DNA of 64,000 nt from Azolla caroliniana. Lineage: Eukaryota > Plantae > Polypodiophyta. Both the position numbers and the translations under genes were made by a program. The DNA lies in the NCBI GenBank assembly GCA_043228905.1, contig JBHGNT010000008.1:9548001-9612000 (forward strand), given 5' to 3'. The notes under the pieces are model-generated. The model did not search any database, had not been told where the DNA came from, and was given only the letters and a program-made list of their open reading frames with translations. Of this stretch, positions 43,797-54,558 are shown piece after piece; the stretch's first letter is position 1; every line of letters begins with the position of its first letter.

Positions 43797-46466
43797 ATGG
43801 ACCCACAAACGCTATCGGAAGCGGCCAGGAAATGGCTCAGGCAACACGGACTGGATGGGTTCCTGACCATCATGGAGGCACCACCGCACAAAGAAGCCGA
43901 CCGGGTCATCAAGGAGCTCGACACAGAAGTCATCACCGAGGAAGCGATCCGTGCGCTAACAGGCCTTCCGGAGGGAGGTATTTTTCAGATCGATAACCCA
44001 ACCTCGGAGCAACTCATCCGATATTTCGGTGAGTACTCTCTAGCCGGCAAAGGCTATCGAACGCAGGGCGGCGAAGATCCGCTATTCAGGGAGATAGCTC
44101 GAGTGCTCCATGAGTACGACCACGTGTACCCCCGACCCCCTGTCATGCCAAAAAATCGGGCAGGGATGATCATAGCCACCTATGAAGGGATCAAGGTGGA
44201 CTGGCCGGTGTTGATTGCAGACGGTTTGTGCGCGGCAATCGACATGGTACGAGGAAAGGACGGCAAGGAGGGCCGGAAGCTGTGGCATGCCGTAGCTCAG
44301 TGGATAACATTGCTCGTGCCGCCGGTCGAGACCGTTCAGCCAAAGAAGCGGCCAAGATTATCGGAAGGAAGCACCTCGAAGCCCGCGTCCAAACGACAGC
44401 AGCTGCTGGCGTCGAAGGCGACGAAAGGGAAGAAACGGCTCCCAGAACCGGAGGAGGTGTCACCGGTCCTACCCGTTAAGATAACCATACGGCGACCGGG
44501 ACAGAAGGAACCGGAACCCTTGACGGCACAGATACATGCCGTTACCCAGGAAGAGGAAACGAAGGAGCCAGTAGAGCACCTCCAACGACGGTCAAGAAGT
44601 AGGACCGCCGGGACAGCGGGGGAGCGTTCGGACCCGCAAAAGGAAGAAACGCCCCCAACTCAACCTGAGCAAACCGCAAGGGAGGAACCGGAACCGGTGC
44701 GTATAGAACCGGCCTGTTCGACTTCTATAGAAGAAGTCATTCCAACGGCTCCGGAGACGGCGAGAACCGGAACTCAACAGCCGGCGAGCCCAGCCAGCAC
44801 ACACAGCGGCCAAGGAGTAGAACCAGAACGGCAGATACAGGCACTCAGGCCAGACAATTCCACAGTGAACGAGCCGACCCGACCAGTACAGCAGCAAGGC
44901 ACCAGTAGCATGTGGCTACGGTGGGTAGGCGAGCAGATCGCCGGAGCGGTCGAGTACATAGAGGCGGAGGAGAGAGCGCACCACGAACGGTTGCTCGTCA
45001 CAACCGTAGATCTAGAGACGGCCCGGTCCAGAATCTGGAGCCTTGAACAAGACTTGGACAGGGTCACAAGGGAAATGGCTCAATTGGCTTTGACAACACA
45101 AGTCCAAGCACCGGTGACTCCGGGCAATGTACAGAATAAAGCGTCAGATCAACCTGTACATAGCAATCAGACCCCAGCAACGGAAACCGTTCCGGAGAGA
45201 AATGCGGCACAAGCCCAAGAGCTTGCGGACTTAAAGGATGAGCTAGCTGCCCAAGAAGCGCTGAGGAGCCGCGAAAGAGAGTTGAAGACGGCAGCGGAGG
45301 CAGAACTTAAAAAGACTGCTGAGAATCTACGCCGGGCCGAGGAGAGCTTACGAAAAGGCCACCAAGCGTACGACCGGCTCAAGGAGGAGAGGGAGAAAAT
45401 GCTGCAAGAGAAGGACAGGCTCCGGAGAAACGCCGAAACAGAAGTAGAGCGCCTGAAAGAGGAACTCCGGCAGCTAAAGGACCGGGAGGACCGGAACCAT
45501 CGCCAGATAAACGGCAAGCTCAAACAAAAAACGGAGGAATTTGAGCACTTGCACCGGGAGTATAAACGGTTGCAAACGGAGCACAAGGAACGGACGGATG
45601 AGCTCCGGCAAGCAGTTGATCGGACCGCAACGGCATACGCTAATGAACAAGCGGAAACCAGAAGACGGTTGGAAGAGGCGGAGAAGGTTCGGACAGAGCT
45701 CCTCAGGCAACAACAGGCGGAAAAAGAAAGAGCGGCGGAGGTACTGCAGAGGTTGCAAACAACATATCAAGGGCAGCTGACGCGCTACAGAGAGCAGGCG
45801 GAGGATACGGCTAATCTCATCAAGCAGTTGAAGGAGGAACGACAAGTTGTGGAAAGTAGAGCGCAAATGGGAGCAAGTCGCATCCAGGATATCATGCGGG
45901 CCTGGTTGAACCAGACCAAGAGCTTGATTGACAACGGTTCCGTCAAATGGTGGACCAAGTGGGCCACGAACGCGGCGGAACTCCAATTGCTCCGGGCCGA
46001 CGTAGAGAACCGGCGGAAGGAGGGAGATGATTGCTATATGCTGACTTCTGAAGACTTCACCGGCATAAGAGATGAGCTGGCCGAAGACTTTCAAGCCTTG
46101 GCAGAGGACCAACTAGGGCAAGTCCGGCAACTTGTAGCTCAGCTGGACGACGACAGGCTGGAGGCGCAGATCCAGTTTGAAAGCTACGAGAGGTCCCGGA
46201 TCCGGGAAGAGAAAGAACGAGAACCGGTTACGGTCAACCTCAGTGATGAGGAACCATTACTGGAAGGAGACCGGACCGGAAGCAGTCAAACGGAGATGCC
46301 GGAGTCAGAGAAACAAACGGAGCAGCCGCCTATAGAGCAGCCGGAGCAGTCTCAGTCCCAACCGCAACCACAGCAGCAGCAGCAAGCACAGCCGCAACAA
46401 CCACAACCGGAAGAACAATTGGAAACTCTGGAACAAAGTATTTTGGACAATTTGGGTGAACAATGA
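43797..46466 (+). CDS. Extra retrotransposon ORF: N-terminal globular domain, NLS-like motifs, long coiled coil
   Basis: Intact 889-aa ORF between integrase and the 3' LTR; PKKRPR; E/Q/R-rich heptads at ~aa 390-800. Confidence 0.88.
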   Translation: MDPQTLSEAARKWLRQHGLDGFLTIMEAPPHKEADRVIKELDTEVITEEAIRALTGLPEGGIFQIDNPTSEQLIRYFGEYSLAGKGYRTQGGEDPLFREIARVLHEYDHVYPRPPVMPKNRAGMIIATYEGIKVDWPVLIADGLCAAIDMVRGKDGKEGRKLWHAVAQWITLLVPPVETVQPKKRPRLSEGSTSKPASKRQQLLASKATKGKKRLPEPEEVSPVLPVKITIRRPGQKEPEPLTAQIHAVTQEEETKEPVEHLQRRSRSRTAGTAGERSDPQKEETPPTQPEQTAREEPEPVRIEPACSTSIEEVIPTAPETARTGTQQPASPASTHSGQGVEPERQIQALRPDNSTVNEPTRPVQQQGTSSMWLRWVGEQIAGAVEYIEAEERAHHERLLVTTVDLETARSRIWSLEQDLDRVTREMAQLALTTQVQAPVTPGNVQNKASDQPVHSNQTPATETVPERNAAQAQELADLKDELAAQEALRSRERELKTAAEAELKKTAENLRRAEESLRKGHQAYDRLKEEREKMLQEKDRLRRNAETEVERLKEELRQLKDREDRNHRQINGKLKQKTEEFEHLHREYKRLQTEHKERTDELRQAVDRTATAYANEQAETRRRLEEAEKVRTELLRQQQAEKERAAEVLQRLQTTYQGQLTRYREQAEDTANLIKQLKEERQVVESRAQMGASRIQDIMRAWLNQTKSLIDNGSVKWWTKWATNAAELQLLRADVENRRKEGDDCYMLTSEDFTGIRDELAEDFQALAEDQLGQVRQLVAQLDDDRLEAQIQFESYERSRIREEKEREPVTVNLSDEEPLLEGDRTGSSQTEMPESEKQTEQPPIEQPEQSQSQPQPQQQQQAQPQQPQPEEQLETLEQSILDNLGEQ

Positions 46467-46518
46467 AGGGGCCGAGAAGGGTTCGACGTACAAGGTACTG
46501 TCCCACGGGCGTGCCATG

Positions 46519-46937
46519 TGTTACCGGCCGGCAAGGAGTCCAAAATACGGAGTGAAGGAATTAATTAAGTATGGTTGTAAATAAGCATAGTGTGGACGGA
46601 CAGACTGGAAATGGTATGTCGTTCCAGATCCGGACGGATCCCGAATAGGTGTGATAGGCACCGTTTTGTACTACGGGCCGGAAACCTATTTAAAGGCCCG
46701 GACCCCATTGTAATCGCAGTGGATAATTAATAGAGCGTATGGTGTTTATACTTCTGTGTTGATTTCCGTTCTGTAATTACTGTTATATCTTACGCGTGTA
46801 ATTAACAAAAGCGCTCTAATCATGTAACCTACTTAAGTCGGTGTAATCGTTGAGTCATAATCCTATGCCGTAATCACCCTTTGGTGAAGTGTCTCCGTGA
46901 CACCTTGTGTTAGGCCTTGTCCGGTCAGAGAACAACA
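46519..46937 (+). repeat. 3' LTR
   Basis: Direct repeat of 37098-37516, followed by TSD AGGGT. Confidence 0.95.
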
Positions 46938-46942
46938 AGGGT

Positions 46943-48282
46943 GATATATGATGATAAAGTCGAAGTGAGTCAAAAATTGCGCCCATCAGGCTTGTTGCCG
47001 ACTCAAGACTTGAGCATTTTGGAAATAAGTTAGGTTCTTATGATCATTGTAGACAATGATCTGCTGAGAAGAACCTTCTAGAAAATGTCACCATTGTTGA
47101 AACGAATCCACAATTGCAAGAAGAACCTTCTTCATGCTCCTCTTGGGTCTTCGAGTAGATTAAAATATCATCTAGGTAAACTATAGTGAAGATATCAAGA
47201 AAATCTTGAAAAATATCGTTCTCCATATGTTGGAAAATAGCAGGTGCATTCGCGAGACCGAATGACATCACAATATACTCAAAATGTCCATAGCGAGTGT
47301 GAAAAGTTGTCTTCCATTCATCCCCCTGGCGAATCCAAACTAGATTATATGCTCCATGAAGGTCCAACTTCGTGAAATATTTTGCACCACTGAGACGTTC
47401 CAAAAGATTCGGGATTAACAGTAGAGCATTTCTATTCCGGATAGTCACTTTGTTTAGCCCTCGATAATCCACGACCAACCGAAGAGTCCCATTCTTCTTC
47501 TTAACGAAGAAGATAGGTGCACCAACAGGGGATTTAGAATGCCGAATGAATCCGTTTGCTAGATTCTCATCAATATATTCCCGCAAAGTCTCTAGCTCTA
47601 TAGGGGGGAGATTATAAATTGGGCCCTATGGAGGTTCTTTCCCTAATTGTAAGTCAATAGGGCAGTCGTATGGCCGATGCTCTGACAATGTATTGGCCTT
47701 CACCTTATCAAAGAAATCTGAGAACTCCTTGTATTTCTCTAGTAGTTTAATGTCCGCTTCACGTGAAGTGGATTATGGAGTTGCTACTATTGCGAAGACG
47801 AACATGGCCTCGTTTCCCCCTTCCTCCCGCAACTGTCGTAAAGAGATGGTCGGCAACTCTGGGGATCTATTATCACATGTAGGAGAGAGGGATGCGGGAT
47901 TTGTGCGTTTTTCCCGGGTCTCCTCAATTGTTCTTTTCATCCAATCAATCTTTGGGTTATGGAGTTCAAACCAAGGGAGACCTAGAACTATTGGGTGTTC
48001 CAGACTACGAATAATGTTGAAAGAGATTATGCTTGTCAAATCACCAAGGACTATCCTAATTGGCTCAGACTCCTCGACTATATCTCCTGATGCTATGGGA
48101 CGTCCATCAATGAATCCTACGGCTACTGGGTTGGGAAGCTTATTCAAGAGGATGTTTTGTGACAAGGAAAATTCACGATCCATGAAACAAGAGTTGGCTC
48201 TAGAATCTAGGAGGGTAGAGGCTAGGACTCGATGACATGTATATGTGGTAAGCTCAACTTGTGCTGAAAAAACTCTACTCAC
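46943..48282 (-). pseudogene. Tcn1-like pol PR-RT with internal deletion into RNase H
   Basis: LLDSRA (PR), [23 protein letters not shown] and [10 protein letters not shown], then a jump at ~47130 to [11 protein letters not shown]...DHKNL. Confidence 0.88.
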
Positions 48283-48368
48283 TTGATTTGATGAAATGGA
48301 ACCACGACTAGGAACTAACTCTACATAGCTAGGATGGTCCAGCCAAATGGCTCCTATTTTGGCCGGAC

Positions 48369-49493
48369 TTACTCGTTTAACACATCCTCTAATTGGCTCA
48401 AGACATCAAATCTATTCTCATGGCATGGACTATGAGGCTTACTTATGTTATTAGTAGTAACAATGGAACTCGATGTAGGGTTTTCATGGGCACTTACTTG
48501 GTATACTTGATGCCTAGGTTTATGTGGACAATTTACTACTATATGTCTTGGACCACCACAATATAGGCAGAGGCGATGCGCTCGACGTCGTTGCTTCTCA
48601 ACATCTGATAACAACCCACATCATTGTGTTGACTCTTTTTCCATTGGAGTTGGGCCATCCCTTGTAATGGGTCTAGAGACTTGTGGAGGCGTTGCGACTA
48701 CGGAAGCATAAGTCTGTTTAGGTTGGCGGCGTAACATTTGTTGGCTCTCAGAACGTCGCTCAAATAGGCGATTATCACATTGCACGACTCGACTAATGGC
48801 TTTTGTAAGCGACTTCGGATCTTCAGGGAAAGTAAGAAGAAGATCTTTGACATCATTTCCCAAACCTTGACGGAATTGATCCATTAAGGCCGCCTCATCC
48901 CAAGGGATATTGCATGCCAAGAGACGGAAATCGGCTGCGTAAGCCGACATGGGACGATCTCCTTGTTGGAGCATTCGAATCTTGTTTATCGCTGTCCTAG
49001 TGTTGTTAGTGTCTCCGAAACTAGCTTGAAACTCTTTAACAAATGCCTCGAAATCCTCCAGCAATGGTGATTTCTTCTTGAGAAGTGGTGTGAACCATGC
49101 TAACGTTGTACCTCATAGCAAAGTTTCCACTAATCCCACACGAGCAGCGTCAATTGGATACCAATTGGGATGTAGCTGAATAACCAGACGAACTTGATTA
49201 AAAAAGCCTCGAAATAAAGACCTCGTACCATCAAACTTGGCGGGGAGTCTAATCTTTGGATCTCTAGGGGAGTTCTGAGCCCTCGACACTTGTTCTCGTA
49301 AGGACAATATAATCGCCTCGAGTTGATGAAACCGTTGTGATAACTCTTCATACTGTTGAGCTTTTTCGGTGCTCACTTGTTGTAGGTCTCCAAGTAGCCT
49401 TTGATTCTCATGCTCTAATGCCACAAATTTATTCGTGAGCATGTCGAGCTCAGAAAGAACACGCATGTATTCTTGTTTGCTCACGGACTCCAT
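48369..49493 (-). pseudogene. Tcn1/sushi-like gag with zinc knuckle
   Basis: LPAKFDGTRS, LQQGDRPMSAYAADF and LCLYCGGPRHIVVNCP; in-frame stops. Confidence 0.85.
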
Positions 49494-49578
49494 AGCTTAT
49501 GAGGGGAGAGGAGAAGGAAGAAGAGAACTTGTTAGGGTTTGTAGAAGACGAAGAAATGAAAGAAAAATTGGTTCAAAC

Positions 49579-49581
49579 TAT

Positions 49582-49630
<49 letters not shown>

Positions 49631-50069
49631 AGAGCGATAATTGAAAAGGAATTATTATATTGAAGAGTAAATGGATTACAAAGAGTAGGCAATAGAGCAC
49701 TACAAAAAGGTGTTGAACCAATTTAGGTTTGGGATGAGTGGTAGATCCCAATTTATAAGGATAGAGAACACTCTAGAATATTCTAGGTTATCCTAGAATG
49801 TAGAGTAATCTAGAAGATCTCTAGAATATTCTAGAAGGTTCTAGTGTATAGAACACTCTAGAATATTCTAGGTCATTCTAGAATGTAGAGTAATATAGAA
49901 TATTCCTATGATATTAGATTTCATATTCTAAAAACTATACATACAAGAATATTAATACAATGGCTAAGGATTTGACATGTGTACAACAAGGTCGTGGGTA
50001 CAAATCCAATCGAGGCCTAATGTGAGTGTCATGATCCTTTTGATGCATGATGTGAGTGTTATCATGACA
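49579..50069 (-). repeat. 5' LTR of the Tcn1-like element
   Basis: Matches 34929-35415; minus-strand TATAAA at 49752-49757. Confidence 0.92.
49824..49841. promoter_or_regulatory. Perfect 4-unit heat-shock element in LTR U3
   Basis: GAA-TA-TTC-TA-GAA-GG-TTC; more TCTAGAA units nearby. Confidence 0.6.
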
Positions 50070-50632
50070 GAAGCAATGGTTTGGATGGGCTCTAACATGT
50101 AGCGATGTGTACGGTTTCCCCGTTTGGCAAAGAATATGGTTTTCGAGGTAGGTGTAACATATGTAGTATATTGTGTGAAGTGTGAGCCTCCACATTTGTC
50201 CCATGTCGTGATACATTGGCATTGCAAAAATGCTTCATTTATAGAGGAATCTAGTGCTGCATCATGAAGCAAGTGTGTTGCATCCCATCTACCAAACCAA
50301 GTTTCAATAACTTGCATCCAATCATAATACAATTTTGCTTTTATGCATCTTTTGGATCTTCTAGCTTGCTTCCTCTGCAATTCTAGGAAGTTGAAGTAAG
50401 GGACTATTTTGAACCTTAGGCATGCATTCAACAAACCATTCCATGGCCATGATATCAATGGGAAGTGATCCAGTCTCAAGGAGGTGGAGGGTGTATTCTT
50501 TTCAAGTAGATTTAGGGATCCTACCATCCCATACTTCCAACCCATGGAGAAGCACCGATATCACCCAAAGTGTCGAAAAGGTATTTCTTGAGGACCCAAC
50601 ACTTAATTTCTCCCTGATTGCATTTGTTCTCA
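50070..50632 (-). pseudogene. RTE-X-like LINE fragment (post-RT), continuing from 52470-52840
   Basis: FENKCNQGEIKCWVLKKYLFDTL aligns by eye with LERQCHQAYFQEPRIKGWLFDSL of the plus-strand LINE. Confidence 0.6.
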
Positions 50633-52465
50633 AATGTTGCCCCTTATCTCTGACTCTTTTTGGGATTTACATTGATGAGATCACAGATTTTATTGCTCGT
50701 AAGGGAGGCAATGGAGTAGTCCTTGGGGATACGCATGTGCGTATCTTGCTCTATGCAGACGACATAGTTTTGCTCTCTGAATCCGAACACGACCTACAAA
50801 GGCACCTTAATGCCTTAGATGACTTTTGGACACAACGAGGATTGGTAGTGAATCTAGGGAAAACTAAAGTCCTTATCTTCTACACGTCGGCCCAAGTTAG
50901 AGCTAAGTGTCACCTAACTATCTCCCATAGCCCAGTTGAGGTGGTTGGATCATATGTCTATCTCGGAGTCACAAGCAGCGAAGGATAGACTTAGAAGAGG
51001 ACATGCATCCCTCTCACTCCTCGAGAGACAATGCCACCAAGCATACTTCCAAGAGCCACGAATTAAAGGGTGGCTCTTTGACTCATTAGTGACTCCCTCT
51101 CTCATGTATGCATCAGCGGTTTGTGCTCCAAGACTACCATCTTTCATGTGGACGCAATTAGAGAGACCATTGGTGATGATGTTATCACGCCAACTCCGAA
51201 GCAAATCGTCGGTCCCACATGACATTATTAGGGCCGAGTTCACTCTACCCCCTATGTTAGTAGAAGCACTTTTTCAACTTGTAGTCTTTATCCACAGGAT
51301 ACATAACTAGCCACTTGATAGAATATCCCATCAAGCCTTTAAGGGTTCTCGAGCACTGTATGAGTCCGGCTATGCTAGCTTATGGTATGACATGATGGTG
51401 AGTTGGCTTCTTGCCAACGGTCTAGACATTAATAACCTCCCCCCCCCTTAAGTACGACCACACGACTGATAACACTTTAATCTCTCATGAGGACCGTAAT
51501 AAAGTAATACGCCAAGAAATATGGCAAATTTATACTCGGTATAAATGGATCACCCCACTAAAGCCACTCCCATCTAAAATGTCGTACTATAAGGAACACT
51601 TTATGCACTTCTCTAAGTTAGGTTTTATTACGCGGCCAAGATATCTAGATGTATTCTTACCACATGCACTAAGGGTTGCCATTGGTCAACTTAGAATATC
51701 ATCTCACCAACTTGAGATTGAGAATGGACGTACTAATGGAGTCCCTAGGGAGGAAAGGATATGTAGGTTAGGCTAAAGAGATAGAGGATGAGTACCATTT
51801 TACATGCAAATGCCCCACCTATGCCGAGATAAGGGCAAAATACCAAGACATACTTGGTTCCTCTCCCACCCTCCCTAAACTATTAGATACACTAGATATA
51901 AAGAAATTAGGGAGATACATCTTAGAATTGAAACAACACAGAGAGAATAAGTTACAAAACGTTGATAATAATGTTGCTAATGTTTACCAACATGTAACAA
52001 ATGAAGTTTTTCAGGAATAGGGGGAGACAATGAATGTCGACACACCTGCACCACTCAGGCTTTTCCCTGATGAAGCAGAAAATCAAAGAAGAACCAAATG
52101 CCCTTGGATGCCGGGTTTCAAAGCAACTTGACGAGATGTAGAAGCAATAAAGAAAATAAGGGAACGTGAACTACACCGCCTAGAAGCCATGGCTAGGGCA
52201 CTCTATACACCGGGACCATGGGTCACACCCACACCAAAAACTTTTGACCTCCCACTTCTTTTTGAGAGACTTGGGTGGAAATGAGATTAGGCTTAGTGCA
52301 AAGTTTTGTACACTAGTAGAACTCTCTTAGCTTAAGCTATTTTCTTTTATTTTAGTTTTGATGATTGGATAAACACTCATTTTTGTTGTAAACCAATTGT
52401 CTCATGGGCCAAATTTGGCCTTAGAAGACGTTAATATATCTTTCTTTCTTTCTTCTTTCTCTTTC
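50633..52465 (+). mobile_element. 5'-truncated RTE-X-like LINE (RT to 3' tail)
   Basis: CPLSLTLFGIYID, LLYADDIVL, LRISSHQLEIENGR..ERIC..EDEYHF..CP; (TTTC)n tail at ~52440-52465. Confidence 0.8.
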
Positions 52466-52469
52466 CCAC

Positions 52470-52840
52470 CTCTAAGCGATAGGTAGATTCATTCTATCTA
52501 TGATTTGAAGGAACTTGAAGGTCAAAATATTCAACTTAGAAGCTTTCCACACCTTCAAGTGGCTCATTATTGTAGATAATGCATGGTTTATTTTGTTTCA
52601 AATGGCTTTTACCAGCATAATCTTTGTTTAAATTAGAGCTATTGACACTTAATTTAGTATGCATACAAATTTTTTCCAATGCCTTAAGAAACTTTTGTGC
52701 ACCTTCTAAAGTATTTGCAAAAAGCACGACATTATCCATGTATAACAAAACCATATCTGACCACATTTCCAAATACAACTTCTTCAACACCTTCTTCCTT
52801 TACAAACTTGACAACCATCGCTTCCAATCCATCAATACAT
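52470..52840 (-). pseudogene. LINE RT fragment
   Basis: LLYMDNVVLF (decayed YADD), LSVNSSK-like and NNEPLEGVESF. Confidence 0.6.
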
Positions 52841-53128
52841 AGCTCAAATAGTAAAAGAGAGCCATAAAACATCATCTATCTATGAAGAGGTAGTAGCTCA
52901 TATAATTTGTTACAATGGATAGAAAAGTCAAGATTGTACATGACATTCTACAAATGAGATTAAATCAACATAAGACTAGTAGACATAACCACTACGACAC
53001 TTACTCATCAATAAAGTTTTGAAGTTTGGAGGTGGATGCAAGAAAACATTTTTACTAGGATGCCTATTGTAAATAATTATGTTGAGTAACTATGTTCGGC
53101 GAAATAGAATAGATGTGTGTTTATGTGT

Positions 53129-53166
<38 letters not shown>

Positions 53167-54558
53167 AGAAAGAGAAAAGCAAGCGTGGAGAGGGGAAGAG
53201 GAAGAAGAGAATTTGTTTTTGTTGTTGCACTCTCTATCGGCAATAGAAAGCCCTCCATTAGAGCTTCGTAACGAGATATAACACATTAAATTTGGTCGTC
53301 TGTACGAGAAGTAGTGATAGAAATAAGGAATCTTGTGTTATTGGCATCCACATAACACACATTGTGGGTCTTCTATTGTCTTCATCATCTTCGACCTCTT
53401 CAATCGAGTGAGTTCCAGTTGTCTCTCTTGTTCATGGAAAATTGTTTTTATCCCGGATCGATATCACCTCAAGAATAATGGATATAAACATGAATTCCTC
53501 ACAAATTGTGGGGGACATCGATATGGAAACAATTGATCTAAAAAAGAGTAATGTGATGGTTGAATGTAATCGTGAAAGGGAGGACATTGGAAGCTCTAAG
53601 AGGTTTAAGGATGTTGAAGAAATTAATGAGAAAAAATTGACATATATTGAAGTAATACATGTAGATGAGGTTGACAACGATCATTGATAATTTATGGGGA
53701 ATTGCCAATACCTTGTTGTTTGATATTGTGGAAGAAAATGAAAATGAAGCGAAAGAATGTATTGATGAGGATGTGCATGATGTGGAAGTTGATGCTAAGG
53801 CAAAGTTGCAATCTTTTGATGTATTCTATGATTGTGCGGTTATATTATTTTTTATTGGGAAACTCCCATATATTAATTGGATTAAACAATGGTTGAACAC
53901 AATCGTGTCACCAAATTGTGTTGAAAATATATATGCAGGACCACGAGGGTTTTATGATGTTGTATTTCGTTCACCGGAACATCGAAGTGCATTGTTGGCT
54001 AAAGTTCCTGTGTTTTTTGATAAACGATTGGTGCATGTAATGCAATGGTCCCCCGTTGTGGACTATCATGCTTTGTTAAAACAAGAAGGCTCTATTTAGG
54101 TAACAGTGGATTGTACGCATGCTTTTTTATGGCCACTTTTACGAGAGTTGATGAGTCAAATGGGTAAAGTGTTGGTATCTCCACATGAAAATGCTACAAA
54201 TAAGTGCAGATTTTGTGTGTTATGGGATACAAGCCGTAAGAGGCTAGGATGGGTGCGTATGAACACACCTAGTATGAAAAGATTTTGTTTTAAATTGAAG
54301 TGGGCGACATTTGCAGGTAATTGTTTTGGATGTGGTAAATGGGGTCACTTTATGGCAGAATGCCATCATCATTGTCCTTCAACTATAGAGGTTCCTAATG
54401 AAGGGAATGGTAAGGAAGGAGTTGGAGAGATGTTGGCGTGTTAGATATTGTGGTTGTTATGGATGAAGGAACATCATCTAGAGCAGGTTATAAAGAGGTT
54501 TCACTTTAAGGTTTGGGCCCGAAGAATAAGAGAACTCGATCTATGGATATGGAAAAAC

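Larger units (their letters stand above)
37098..46937 (+). mobile_element. Young near-intact non-chromovirus Ty3/Gypsy with an extra 3' ORF
   Basis: 419-bp LTRs 37098-37516 and 46519-46937 (about 9 mismatches by eye); perfect TSD AGGGT; PBS TGGCGACCACG 37523; gag-pol; ORF 43797-46466. Confidence 0.97.
34929..50069 (-). mobile_element. Tcn1-like chromovirus (Ty3/Gypsy), full-length but decayed, hosting a nested Gypsy
   Basis: LTRs 34929-35415 and 49579-50069; TSD GAAGT/GAAGC; PPT 35416-35429; gag 48369-49493; PR 47773-48282; RT 47130-47700; integrase ~35700-36950; chromodomain 35416-35640. Confidence 0.92.

Noticed and set aside
43797-46466. env gene of an endogenous retrovirus
   Set aside because: No signal peptide or transmembrane segment is visible; the protein is hydrophilic with NLS-like motifs.
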